The notes under the pieces were generated by a model. That model saw only the letters and a list, made by a program, of their open reading frames with translations, made no database searches and was not told where the DNA came from. The position numbers and the translations under genes were made by a program. Shown piece after piece: positions 8,231 to 17,340 of a stretch of DNA of 34,933 bases. Position 1 is the first letter of the stretch. Each line of letters opens with the position of its first letter. The DNA comes from an uncultured Aurantimicrobium sp. (GTDB lineage: Bacteria > Actinomycetota > Actinomycetes > Actinomycetales > Microbacteriaceae): assembly GCA_964589925.1 (NCBI GenBank), contig CAZPVE010000001.1, positions 1 through 34,933 on the forward strand, given 5' to 3'.

Positions 8231-9616
8231 TTAGGCTCCGCGGAGAGCCTGAGCGAGGAAGCCGTGCAGATCGGCAATCGCAATGCGCTCCTGCTGCATC
8301 GAGTCACGGTGACGCACGGTCACAGCCTTGTCATCGAGAGTCTCGAAGTCGATCGTGATGCAGAACGGCGTTCCGATCTCGTCTTGACGACGGTATCGGC
8401 GACCGATGGCTCCGGCATCGTCAAAGTCGACGTTCCAGTCGAGACGCAGGTCGGCCGCGATCTCTTTGGCCAGAGGCGACAGCTGCTCGTTGCGCGACAG
8501 AGGCAGGATGGCCGCCTTGATGGGCGACAGGCGCGGGTCGAGACGCAGCACTGTGCGGGTGTCGGTGCCACCCTTCGAGTTGGGCACCTCCTCCTCGTGA
8601 TACGCGTCCACGAGGAACGCCATGAGTGAACGGGTCAGACCAGCCGCAGGCTCGATGACGTAGGGAGTCCAGCGCTCGTTCTTGGTCTGGTCGAAGTACG
8701 ACAGGTCTTTGCCCGAGTGCTCCGAGTGCGTCTTGAGATCGAAGTCGGTGCGGTTAGCAATGCCCTCGAGCTCACCAAACTCGCTGCCGGTAAAGCCGAA
8801 GCGGTACTCGATGTCGACGGTGCGCTTGGAGTAGTGCGAGAGCTTCTCTTTGGCGTGCTCGTAGAGACGAAGGTTCTCGGGGTTGATGCCGAGGTTCACA
8901 TACCAAGCCAGGCGCTCGTCGATCCAGTACTGGTGCCAGGTTTCATCGGTGCCGGGCTCAACGAAGAACTCCATCTCCATCTGCTCGAACTCGCGCGTGC
9001 GGAAGATGAAGTTTCCGGGCGTGATCTCGTTGCGGAAGCTCTTGCCGATCTGGCCGATGCCGAACGGGGGCTTCATACGCGCAGCCTGAAGCACGTTGGC
9101 GAAGTTTACGAAGATGCCCTGTGCCGTCTCGGGGCGCAGGTAGTGCATCCCGGCTTCGTCGTCGACCGGGCCGAGGAAGGTCTTGAGCAGACCCGAGAAT
9201 GGCTTGGGTTCGGTCCAGGTGCCCTTGTTGCCACAGTTGGGACAAGGAACGCCGGCAACGCCACCTTCCGGGGCGCGACCCTTGCGCTCTTCGAATTCCT
9301 CGACGAGGTGGTCTTCACGAAAACGCTTGTGGCAGCTCTGGCACTCGATGAGCGGGTCACTGAAAACCTCAACGTGGCCGGATGCCTCCCACACCTTCCG
9401 AGGCAGGATGACGCTCGAGTCGAGACCCACGACGTCTTCACGGCTCTGCACCATGTGCTTCCACCACTGGCGCTTGATGTTCTCTTTGAGGGCAACACCG
9501 AGGGGGCCGTAGTCCCACGCCGAACGCGAGCCGCCGTAGATTTCTCCGGCCTGAAAAACGAATCCGCGGTGCTGCGCCAGAGCGACGACAGCGTCAAGTC
9601 GTGAGGGAGTAGCCAT
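8231..9616 (-). CDS. glyQS: glycine--tRNA ligase (dimeric class II type)
   Basis: 461 aa. The N-terminus [26 protein letters not shown] and class II motifs ([18 protein letters not shown]) are diagnostic. Confidence 0.95.
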   Translation of the reverse strand: MATPSRLDAVVALAQHRGFVFQAGEIYGGSRSAWDYGPLGVALKENIKRQWWKHMVQSREDVVGLDSSVILPRKVWEASGHVEVFSDPLIECQSCHKRFREDHLVEEFEERKGRAPEGGVAGVPCPNCGNKGTWTEPKPFSGLLKTFLGPVDDEAGMHYLRPETAQGIFVNFANVLQAARMKPPFGIGQIGKSFRNEITPGNFIFRTREFEQMEMEFFVEPGTDETWHQYWIDERLAWYVNLGINPENLRLYEHAKEKLSHYSKRTVDIEYRFGFTGSEFGELEGIANRTDFDLKTHSEHSGKDLSYFDQTKNERWTPYVIEPAAGLTRSLMAFLVDAYHEEEVPNSKGGTDTRTVLRLDPRLSPIKAAILPLSRNEQLSPLAKEIAADLRLDWNVDFDDAGAIGRRYRRQDEIGTPFCITIDFETLDDKAVTVRHRDSMQQERIAIADLHGFLAQALRGA

Positions 9617-9639
9617 TCGGCAATTCTAGCCGGGCGGCT

Positions 9640-11145
9640 TTACTTCTTCGGGCGAGGGGCGCGAAGCGCGATGACGACAGCACCCAAGACGAGCACAGCT
9701 GCCGAAACCCAAAACGCGTTGTGGATTCCTGTGACATATGAGTCCTTGGCCGTCGCAATGAGTTTGGGTGCAAGCGGGCCGAGTTTTGTGGCGGCATCGG
9801 TGTCGATCCAGGCGATTGAACTGGTCAAGAAGTCGGCAACCTTCGCCGGCAAGTTTTCGACCAACGGCTTCATGCCATCGCTGTAAGCCTGGTTGAGAAC
9901 ACTTCCGAGAACCGCAATACCGAGCGCGCTTCCCACTTCACGGGAAGTGTCGTTGACCGCCGATGCAACGCCCTGCTTCTCACGAGGCAGTGACGAAATG
10001 ATCGCGTTCGTGGCGGGCGGGCCCGCGAAACCCATGCCCGAACCAAAGAGCACGATGCCGATGAGCAGACGCCAGTACTCGAAGTCTGTTCCCATCGTCG
10101 ACATCACCAGATAACCGGAAGCCATGAGGAGCAGGCCAATCGGGGCGACGACTCCGAAGCCGCGCTTTTCAGCAATCATGGCCGAGACGCGGGAGAGCGG
10201 GATAACCACGAACGGCATCGGGAGTAGGCAGACGGCGGCCATAAGCGGGGTGAGACCACCGATGAACTGCAGATACTGCATCCCCACAAAGAAGAAGCCG
10301 AACGCCGTAAAGAACTGGAGCAGGATCGAGAGCGAGCCCGCGCTGAATCCGCGAAGTTTGAACAGGCGCGGGTCGAGCAGGGGGTGCTCCTGACGCAGCT
10401 CCCAGAACACGAAGACGATTGCACCGAGACCGCCGACAACCAGCGCTGTGATGGTGAGGGCATCATCCCAACCGCGTGAGGGTCCCTCGATGATTCCAAA
10501 GACCAGGCCACCCACCGTCAAGAGAGACAACACGGCGCCGACCACATCAAGCTTGTGGCGAGCTTCGTCGCGGTTCTTGGGCACAACGAGTGTGGCGCCG
10601 ATGAACGCAACGGTGGCCATGACCACGTTGAAGGCGAAGAACGAGCTCCAGTCAAAGAACTCGAGCAGGATGCCGGCGACAAAGAGGCCGATGATTCCAC
10701 CACCCGCAGCGATGCCGACCCACACGCCCACCGCGCGAGCCCGCTGCTCGGGTGGGAACACGGTGGTGATCACCGAGAGGGTCGTGGGCATGATGCAGGC
10801 TGCGCCTAGACCCATCACGGCACGGGTACCGATGAGTTGCTCGGGCTGGGTAGAGAAAAGTGCGAAGCCGGCCGCGACGGCAAAGATGGCCAGACCAACC
10901 TGCAGAATGCCCTTGCGCCCGAAGCGGTCACCGATGGCGCCCGAGATCAGCAGGAGGCCCGCGAAGACCACGGTGTACGCGTCGGCAATCCACTGCAACT
11001 GAGTGATTGATGCGCCGGTCGAGGTTGCCAGCGAGGGCAGAGCGGTGTTCAAACCCGACACCGCCGAGATGACGGCCAACAACGAGATGGCCATGACAGC
11101 CAAGATGGCGCGCAAGCGGCCGGGGGTGAGCTGTGTTCTATCCAT
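9640..11145 (-). CDS. MFS transporter, DHA2 (EmrB/QacA-like, about 14 TMS)
   Basis: 501 aa. Motif A-like GAIGDRFGRKGIL and many TM segments. Confidence 0.9.
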   Translation of the reverse strand: MDRTQLTPGRLRAILAVMAISLLAVISAVSGLNTALPSLATSTGASITQLQWIADAYTVVFAGLLLISGAIGDRFGRKGILQVGLAIFAVAAGFALFSTQPEQLIGTRAVMGLGAACIMPTTLSVITTVFPPEQRARAVGVWVGIAAGGGIIGLFVAGILLEFFDWSSFFAFNVVMATVAFIGATLVVPKNRDEARHKLDVVGAVLSLLTVGGLVFGIIEGPSRGWDDALTITALVVGGLGAIVFVFWELRQEHPLLDPRLFKLRGFSAGSLSILLQFFTAFGFFFVGMQYLQFIGGLTPLMAAVCLLPMPFVVIPLSRVSAMIAEKRGFGVVAPIGLLLMASGYLVMSTMGTDFEYWRLLIGIVLFGSGMGFAGPPATNAIISSLPREKQGVASAVNDTSREVGSALGIAVLGSVLNQAYSDGMKPLVENLPAKVADFLTSSIAWIDTDAATKLGPLAPKLIATAKDSYVTGIHNAFWVSAAVLVLGAVVIALRAPRPKK

Positions 11146-11173
11146 GGTGCTGTCGCCTTTCAGGCAGAGGGAA

Positions 11174-13174
11174 TTACCAGATGGTGACGCGGTCGACCGG
11201 GTCGAGCCAGAGCTCGTCGTTGGCGGTCACGCCAAACGCTTCATAAAAAGCGTCGATGTTTCGAACGATTTGATTGCAGCGGAACTCAGGTGGTGAGTGC
11301 GGGTCAATAGCAAGCAAGCGAATGGCCTCTTCTTCGCGGGCCTTCTGCTGCCATGAATTGGCCCAGCTCAAGAAGAAGCGCTCGCCGCCGGTGAGGCCAT
11401 CAATCACGGGTGGCTCCTGGCCGTCGAGGGCGATCAGGTAGGCCTTCCACGCAATAGACAGGCCACCAAGGTCGCCGATGTTCTCGCCAATGGTCAGTTC
11501 ACCGTTGACGTGGTTGCTCTCGTCGAGCCCGACCGGCACGAGTTCGTTGTACTGCGCGATGAGCTTGGCTGCGCGAGCGGTGAACTTTTCACGATCGTGC
11601 TCGGTCCACCAATCGGTCAAGAGGCCGTCGCCGTCAAACTGTGAACCCTGGTCGTCAAAGCCGTGACCAATCTCGTGACCGATAACTGCTCCGATGCTGC
11701 CGTAGTTGGCTGCGTCGTCCCACTCTGAATTGAAGAATGGGGGCTGCAAGATGGCGGCCGGAAAAACAATCTCGTTGAAGCCGGGGTTGTAATAGGCATT
11801 CACCGTCTGGGGAGTCATGAACCACTCGTCGCGGTCAATCGGCTTGCCAATCTTGCCGAGCTCACGAGCGAACTCAAACTCAGCAATATTGCGCACGTTC
11901 GCAATGAGGTCGTGTCGAGTGATCTCGAGGCTCGAGTAATCACGCCACTTGACCGGGTAGCCGACCTTGGGGGTGAACTTGTCGAGCTTCTCGAGGGCGC
12001 GCTTTTTGGTCTCGCCGCTCATCCAATCCAAGCCGGTGATCGACTGGCGGTAAGCCTCGACAAGGTTGCCGACGAGCACATCCATGTGGGCTTTCGCCTC
12101 TTCCGGGAAGTGCCGCTCGACATAAATCTGACCGATGGCCTCACCGAGCGCTGACTCCACAACCGAGACACCGCGCTTCCAACGCTCACGCTGGGTAGGG
12201 GTTCCGGTGAGGGTGCGGCCATAGAAATCGAAATTGGCCTCGACGAACTCGGCGGGCAAGAAGGGGGCAGCCGAGTGGATGACCTGCCAAGCCAACCAGT
12301 CACGCCACTGCTCGAGTCGGTGCTCGTTGAGCAGCTCGCCCAGGCCCTCGATAAAGCTTGGCTCGCGCACGACAATCTGGTCGAAGGCTCCGCTGGGGCC
12401 GGCGAGCGCGGTGCGCCACACATCGAAGTCAGCCTCACCCTTGGTCGAAAGAAGCGCACGGGTTTCGTCCCAGCTGAGCAGGTTGTAGGTAGCGATGCTG
12501 TCGCGGGTGCGCACGTTGTCCCAGTGGTGTGCGGCGAGCGCGGTGTCGAGATCAAACACGCGCTGGGCACGAATGGCCGCGGCCTCCCCCGCGTATTCGG
12601 GCAGTGCGGCATCCGTGAGTTCAAACATGCGCTGGATGTGCGAGAGGTATGCCTCGCGAATCGAAGCGAACTGCTCGTCGCGGTAGTAGCTCTCGTCGGG
12701 CAGGCTTAGCCCGCCCTGCTCGGCGAAGACCACATAGGTTTCAGGGTCGCCGGGGTCGTTGTCGACGAAGAGGTTGAGGAAGCCGCCCACGCCGTGGCGC
12801 TCAAGGCGAGCCAGGGTGTCGAGCAGCTGAGAAATGGTCGAGACGTTTCCAGCAACGGCGAGCTGACTGGCGATGGGCGCAAGGCCGATCTTCTCGATCT
12901 CGTCGGTGTTCATGAAACTCGCGAACAGGTCGCCAATCTTGCGCTGGTTCTCGCTGGTGGCCGAGGTGGCCGACTGGGCATCCTCGATGATTTCGCGCAC
13001 TGCTTTTTCTGCCTCTTCGGCGAGCACGTGAAAGCTGCCGTAGCGAGCCTTGTCTGCGGGAATCTCGGTGCGAGCCATCCACTTGCCGGTGACGTGCCGA
13101 AACAGGTCGTCTTGCGGGCGCACTGCTGGGTCGAGTTCGCTTGTGTCGATTCCGGAAACGCGGGTGTTGGCCAT
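11174..13174 (-). CDS. pepO: M13 family zinc metallopeptidase (PepO / endothelin-converting-enzyme-like)
   Basis: 666 aa. HEIGH zinc motif (VIGHEIGHGFDDQG) and GENIGDLGG (ENxADxGG-type) motif. Confidence 0.92.
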   Translation of the reverse strand: MANTRVSGIDTSELDPAVRPQDDLFRHVTGKWMARTEIPADKARYGSFHVLAEEAEKAVREIIEDAQSATSATSENQRKIGDLFASFMNTDEIEKIGLAPIASQLAVAGNVSTISQLLDTLARLERHGVGGFLNLFVDNDPGDPETYVVFAEQGGLSLPDESYYRDEQFASIREAYLSHIQRMFELTDAALPEYAGEAAAIRAQRVFDLDTALAAHHWDNVRTRDSIATYNLLSWDETRALLSTKGEADFDVWRTALAGPSGAFDQIVVREPSFIEGLGELLNEHRLEQWRDWLAWQVIHSAAPFLPAEFVEANFDFYGRTLTGTPTQRERWKRGVSVVESALGEAIGQIYVERHFPEEAKAHMDVLVGNLVEAYRQSITGLDWMSGETKKRALEKLDKFTPKVGYPVKWRDYSSLEITRHDLIANVRNIAEFEFARELGKIGKPIDRDEWFMTPQTVNAYYNPGFNEIVFPAAILQPPFFNSEWDDAANYGSIGAVIGHEIGHGFDDQGSQFDGDGLLTDWWTEHDREKFTARAAKLIAQYNELVPVGLDESNHVNGELTIGENIGDLGGLSIAWKAYLIALDGQEPPVIDGLTGGERFFLSWANSWQQKAREEEAIRLLAIDPHSPPEFRCNQIVRNIDAFYEAFGVTANDELWLDPVDRVTIW

Positions 13175-13181
13175 GTCTTCC

Positions 13182-13205
13182 AGCCTACGAGTTGTCGCCT
13201 AGCCT
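13182..13205. promoter_or_regulatory. back-to-back candidate -10 elements for divergent pepO and the HAD gene
   Basis: Minus strand: TAGGCT (13187..13182), 7 nt, ATG at 13174. Plus strand: TAGCCT (13200..13205), 7 nt, ATG at 13213. The whole spacer is 38 bp. Confidence 0.35.
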
Positions 13206-13212
13206 TAACGCC

Positions 13213-13884
13213 ATGACCGTGCAGAGCCCGCGCCCCGCTGCCGGCCAGCCGTGGCGGCCGATTCTGTTCGACATGGATGGCACGCTCATCGACTCAGCTC
13301 CGGCAATCGTTCGACGCATGCGAGAAACCTTTCACAAATTCGGCGTGACCTCCCTCGACGATGATGCCCTTCGGCTGCTCATCGGCCCGCCCACACTTTC
13401 GACGCTGCGCCGGTTCTTGCCCGCTGACCAGGTCGAGGATGCGCACGCGTTCTACCGCTCGCTCAGCCTGCGCGACGGCCTCACCGATCAGACCCCCTAT
13501 CCCGGCATCGCTCAGACGCTCTGCTCTCTGGCCTCTGCAGGTATTCCGCTCGGCGTCGCGAGCAGCAAGCCGCAAGCCGAGGTCGAACGCATCACCGACC
13601 ACTTCGAGCTCTCACAGTTCTTTGCTGGCATCGCCGGCTCTGGCCCCGAACGGCCCGACAAATCAGACGTTGTCAGCTACGCACTGTCGCTGCTCGAGTC
13701 GTCTCAAGCCGAACCCGCACTCATGGTGGGCGACCGCCGGTGGGATATCGAGGGTGCCGCCCTGGTCGGCCTGCCGACCGCGATGGTGAGCTGGGGCTAC
13801 GCCGCCCCAGAAGAGGCGGCCGGAGCAATCGCCGTCATCGACACCCAAGACCAACTCGTCTCGTTCATCATCAACAAGGACTAA
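13213..13884 (+). CDS. HAD-IA family hydrolase (phosphoglycolate-phosphatase-like)
   Basis: DMDGTLIDS motif I, SSK motif, GDRRWD motif. The ATG at 13213 is chosen because the upstream part of the ORF overlaps pepO. Confidence 0.85.
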   Translation: MTVQSPRPAAGQPWRPILFDMDGTLIDSAPAIVRRMRETFHKFGVTSLDDDALRLLIGPPTLSTLRRFLPADQVEDAHAFYRSLSLRDGLTDQTPYPGIAQTLCSLASAGIPLGVASSKPQAEVERITDHFELSQFFAGIAGSGPERPDKSDVVSYALSLLESSQAEPALMVGDRRWDIEGAALVGLPTAMVSWGYAAPEEAAGAIAVIDTQDQLVSFIINKD

Positions 13885-13887
13885 TTC

Positions 13888-14583
13888 GTGCAACTCGTCA
13901 TCGCCAAGTGTTCCGTCGACTACGCCGGGCGACTCTCTGCGCACCTGCCACTGGCCACGCGAGTGCTCATGCTCAAGCGAGACGGCAGCCTGCTGATTCA
14001 CTCCGACGGCGGTTCTTACAAACCGCTCAACTGGATGAGCCCGCCCTGCAGTCTCGTCAAAATCGAACCCGACGAACTGCAGATCGAAGCCGGCGTCACC
14101 GAGGTGTGGCAGGTGCAACACGCGAAGACCGCCGACATGCTCGTGGTGAGCATCCACGAAATTTACTCAGAGGTTGAGCATGACCTCGGTGAAGACCCCG
14201 GCCTAATTAAGGATGGCGTCGAGGCTGAGCTGCAACGCCTGCTCGCTGAGCAGATCTATCTCCTCGGTGAGGGCCACACCCTGGTGCGACGTGAGTACCC
14301 CACGGCAATCGGGCCGGTCGACATTTTGGCGCGTGACGCCAATGGCGAAGCCGTTGCCGTAGAGATCAAACGCCGTGGTGAAATCGATGGTGTGGAGCAG
14401 CTCACGCGGTACCTCGAGCTGCTCAACCGCGACCCTCACCTTGCCCCGGTTCGCGGGATTTTCGCGGCGCAAGAAATCAAACCTCAAGCACGCACGCTCG
14501 CCGAAGATCGTGGAATTTCGTGCCTGATTCTTGACTACGACGAAATGCGCGGAATCGAAGACACCTCAGGAAGACTCTTTTAA
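13888..14583 (+). CDS. nucS: endonuclease NucS (EndoMS, non-canonical mismatch repair)
   Basis: 231 aa. (M)[20 protein letters not shown]...[15 protein letters not shown]... is a characteristic NucS sequence. GTG start. Confidence 0.92.
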   Translation: MQLVIAKCSVDYAGRLSAHLPLATRVLMLKRDGSLLIHSDGGSYKPLNWMSPPCSLVKIEPDELQIEAGVTEVWQVQHAKTADMLVVSIHEIYSEVEHDLGEDPGLIKDGVEAELQRLLAEQIYLLGEGHTLVRREYPTAIGPVDILARDANGEAVAVEIKRRGEIDGVEQLTRYLELLNRDPHLAPVRGIFAAQEIKPQARTLAEDRGISCLILDYDEMRGIEDTSGRLF

Positions 14584-14602
14584 CCCCTAGGCTTACCGGG
14601 TT

Positions 14603-15271
14603 ATGAATCCTTCCGTACGACGCACCTGGTCCGCCGTCCTTTTTGACCTCGATGGAACAATCCTCGATTCCGCTCCAGGAATCACTAGTTCCCTCATCGA
14701 CACGTTCAAGCACGTAGGAATTCCCGTCCCGTCGCAGACGGAACTCATGCACTACATCGGACCGCCCCTGCTGGAGTCGCTCCAGGTGCGCGCGGGCCTC
14801 AGCCTTGAAGACGCTCAGAACACCCTGGCCATCTATCGCAACGACTACCGCAAAGATGGGGCGTTCGATGCCGCCATCTTCCCTGGAGTTATTGGTCTCC
14901 TTCAATCTTTGAAAGAAGCGGGAATCCCTGTCGCCATCGCCACGAGCAAGCCCCAGGGTCAGACGGAGCGCATCCTGGAGCACTTCGATCTCACGCAATA
15001 CTTCACCGCCGTTTCGGGCGCCGATGAAAACGAGGCTCACTCGAGCAAGGCCGCCATCGTGGCTCGCGCACTTGAGCTGCTGACCGCAGCCGGTGCCGAT
15101 ACCTCGTTGAGTGTGATGATTGGTGACCGCATTTACGACGTCGAGGGCGCGGCAGCCAACGAGGTTCCGGCAATCATCGTCGAGTGGGGTTACGGCTCCC
15201 CCGAAGAGGCAACCGGAGCAATGGCGACCGTGTACTCGGCCGACCAGCTCCGCGAGTTCTTGCTCGGCTAA
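14603..15271 (+). CDS. HAD-IA family hydrolase, paralogue of 13213..13884
   Basis: DLDGTILDS, TSKPQ and GDRIYD motifs. Collinear similarity to the upstream HAD gene throughout. Confidence 0.85.
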   Translation: MNPSVRRTWSAVLFDLDGTILDSAPGITSSLIDTFKHVGIPVPSQTELMHYIGPPLLESLQVRAGLSLEDAQNTLAIYRNDYRKDGAFDAAIFPGVIGLLQSLKEAGIPVAIATSKPQGQTERILEHFDLTQYFTAVSGADENEAHSSKAAIVARALELLTAAGADTSLSVMIGDRIYDVEGAAANEVPAIIVEWGYGSPEEATGAMATVYSADQLREFLLG

Positions 15272-15277
15272 AGCACT

Positions 15278-16237
15278 CTAAGCAGCAGCCGCACGCCGCG
15301 ACTTCGTCGACGCGATAACCACGGCGACAGCCAACACGGCAACGCCGATCAACATGCTGACGGGTTCGTAGTGCGTTCCCGGAAACAGTAGGTCGAGCAC
15401 GAGCGCCGTGGCCAACTGGCCCAGGGTGGCGCACAAGCCGAAGATGAGCACGCCAATCACGCGAACCACAATGCTGGTCGCCGCCACGAAGAAAACACCG
15501 AGCGGTCCGCCCAGGTAGAGCCACCATGCGGTGGGCAACGACTCCGGTAAGCCCATGGTGAGGCCAACCGGAATCATGACGAGAAACAGCACACCGGTGC
15601 CCACGATGAAGTTCACGAAAGTCGTGGTCACCGGAGTTTTTGTGATGGCCGTGATTCGCCCGTTTGCGGCCTGCTGCCAGGAAACCCACACGCCGATCAG
15701 CGCTGCGACCACGATGGGCCAGAGTGAGGCCGGCTGGGCGAACCTGCCGCTCGAGGCAATCACGACGGCCACGATGGCGAGCACAACGCCACCGATTCGG
15801 CGAGCGGTGAGCGCGCGCTTTCCGGCTGGACCAATGCCCCACTTATCCATGAACAAGCCGCCCAGAGTATTTCCGGCCACGAGGGCGACCGTAAAAATGG
15901 CCACACCCACGACTCCGACAAAGAGGCCCTGCGAGGCAATCATGATGGCCCCAGCAGAGCCGGCCAACGTGAACAACCAAGGCAATTTTCCGGACCGGAG
16001 GCCAGAAATCATCTCCGTCCAGCCCCGACGAGCCGAGGGCATCAGCAGAAAAATGACGATCAAACAGGTCAAGCCGATGCAGTTCGAGATGGTGCCGGCG
16101 AGCGTTCCGTTGTGGAGTGATTGACCGAGTGCCCCATTGACACGGGCCTGGCTTGCCATCGCGACACCCACGATCACCGAGAGCGCGGCAGCACCAACGA
16201 CCTGCCAAAGCGAGTGGTGCGTGGGATGTGCCGTCAC
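15278..16237 (-). CDS. DMT-superfamily membrane protein (tandem DUF606/YdcZ-like halves)
   Basis: 319 aa with about 10 TM segments and internal duplication. GTG start at 16237 with TAGACT (16249..16244) 6 nt upstream. Confidence 0.7.
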   Translation of the reverse strand: MTAHPTHHSLWQVVGAAALSVIVGVAMASQARVNGALGQSLHNGTLAGTISNCIGLTCLIVIFLLMPSARRGWTEMISGLRSGKLPWLFTLAGSAGAIMIASQGLFVGVVGVAIFTVALVAGNTLGGLFMDKWGIGPAGKRALTARRIGGVVLAIVAVVIASSGRFAQPASLWPIVVAALIGVWVSWQQAANGRITAITKTPVTTTFVNFIVGTGVLFLVMIPVGLTMGLPESLPTAWWLYLGGPLGVFFVAATSIVVRVIGVLIFGLCATLGQLATALVLDLLFPGTHYEPVSMLIGVAVLAVAVVIASTKSRRAAAA

Positions 16238-16276
16238 GCCCTCAGTCTAGGTTGGCGCTCGGAGCGTTGGACAAGC

Positions 16277-16299
16277 AAAAACCCCGACCGAAGCCGGGG
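16277..16299 (-). terminator. intrinsic terminator downstream of tRNA-Leu
   Basis: Minus-strand RNA CCCCGGC-UUCG-GUCGGGG (7-bp stem with one G.U pair, UUCG tetraloop) followed by UUUUUG. Confidence 0.6.
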
Positions 16300-16310
16300 T
16301 TTTCTTGTCG

Positions 16311-16393
16311 TGCGCGAGGCGGGACTTGAACCCGCACGCCCGTGAAGGCACTGGCACCTGAAGCCAGCGCGTCTGCCATTTCGCCACTCGCGC
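16311..16393 (-). tRNA. leuT: tRNA-Leu (anticodon CAG), 83 nt, class II with long variable arm, no encoded CCA
   Basis: Folded by hand: acceptor GCGCGAG/CTCGCGC, anticodon stem CTGGC/GCCAG with loop TTCAGGT, variable arm TGCCTTCACGGGCGT, T arm GCGGG-TTCAAGT-CCCGC, discriminator A. Confidence 0.9.
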
Positions 16394-16440
16394 GACAAGT
16401 GTTGAGGCTATCACGCAAGGCAGCCTCCACGCCATTTGAG

Positions 16441-17340
16441 CTAGTGGTAGGCGGCCCAGTTCGCCGACTCATGGCGGGCGCCGGAGGCATCCACCACCAT
16501 TCCGGCAGCTCCCACCTCGGGCAACCACGCGAGAAACTCGTCAGTCGGACGCAAGAAGCCTGACTTGGCCAGAACCTCTGCACGAGCGCCATAGGACGCG
16601 ATCACCGAGACTGTTTGCACATCGGTCACTGCGCTTCGCCCGGTTCGAGGGTCGATGAGGTGATGGGACTCACCGAAGCGCTTCTTTCGCTGGCTCGAGG
16701 TGACGACCCCGCCTTCAACCAGACGAATGACCTCGAGATGTTCCGACTCATCGAACGGGTTCTCGACGCCAAGACGCCACCCTCCAAGCTCGGGGGATTC
16801 ACCCGCAACAACGATGTCCCCGGACATGGAGACCATCACGCCTGCCGCACCCGACATCATGACGGCACCTGCGATGAGGTCGGCCGCAAAGCCTTTCCCG
16901 ATGCCGCCCGCATCGAGGGTCATCCCAGCGGGCACCTGAACGCTGCTCTCTGTGACAACGACTTGGCCCAGGCTGTCGAACGTGTGAGCCCCCGCGTCGA
17001 GCACCGTGCGCTGATCGTCGCTCACCTGAGATGTGGTGTAACCCGCTGCCAGGACGGAAGGCAGAAGCGTGGGGTTGAAGTCGCCCGAGGTCAGCTCCCA
17101 GCCCTCGACCATTTCGGCTACCAGGGCAACCGTGAGCGGGCTCACCGAGATGGCGTCACCACCCGCGCTGTTAATGCGAGAGATTTCACTGTCTGCCGTG
17201 AAGCGCGACCACCGCTGTTCACACGCACGAGCAAGTTCGCAGGCGTCGTCGAGGAGTTCTTCGGTGCCCCCTACGACGGTGATGACCGTCTCACCGCCCA
17301 TCACGCGGATGGTGCGGGTGAGAGCGGGCGAACTAGTCAT
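16441..17340 (-). CDS. apbE: FAD:protein FMN transferase (ApbE family)
   Basis: ApbE-like sequence including DAGGIGKGFAADL and HHLIDPRTG. The start is uncertain: ATG at 17340 overlaps the upstream stop by 8 nt, with alternatives at 17349, 17370 and 17379. No signal peptide or lipobox with any of these starts. Confidence 0.82.
   Translation of the reverse strand: MTSSPALTRTIRVMGGETVITVVGGTEELLDDACELARACEQRWSRFTADSEISRINSAGGDAISVSPLTVALVAEMVEGWELTSGDFNPTLLPSVLAAGYTTSQVSDDQRTVLDAGAHTFDSLGQVVVTESSVQVPAGMTLDAGGIGKGFAADLIAGAVMMSGAAGVMVSMSGDIVVAGESPELGGWRLGVENPFDESEHLEVIRLVEGGVVTSSQRKKRFGESHHLIDPRTGRSAVTDVQTVSVIASYGARAEVLAKSGFLRPTDEFLAWLPEVGAAGMVVDASGARHESANWAAYH

Noticed and set aside
8717-9604. 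Long ORFs antisense to or overlapping confident genes: 8717..9604 (opposite glyQS), 23828..24865, 25435..26352, 27262..28251, 16615..17511, 3396..4181, 1581..2213, 1701..2618, 15174..15842, 30952..31665, 31794..32441, 29744..30490.
   Set aside because: In high-GC DNA stop codons are rare in every frame. These ORFs translate to Arg/Gly/Pro/Ala-rich sequences with no recognisable motifs, and each lies opposite or out of frame to a gene with clear family signatures.
9617-9639. A T-box or other leader upstream of glyQS.
   Set aside because: Only 23 nt separate glyQS from the upstream MFS gene stop, which is far too short for a T-box riboswitch. glyQS is probably co-transcribed.
16238-16440. tRNA-Leu as the attachment site of an integrated island.
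   Set aside because: I saw no integrase and no direct repeat of the tRNA 3' end. The atypical block lies on the 5' side of the tRNA, whereas tRNA-targeting elements insert at the 3' end.
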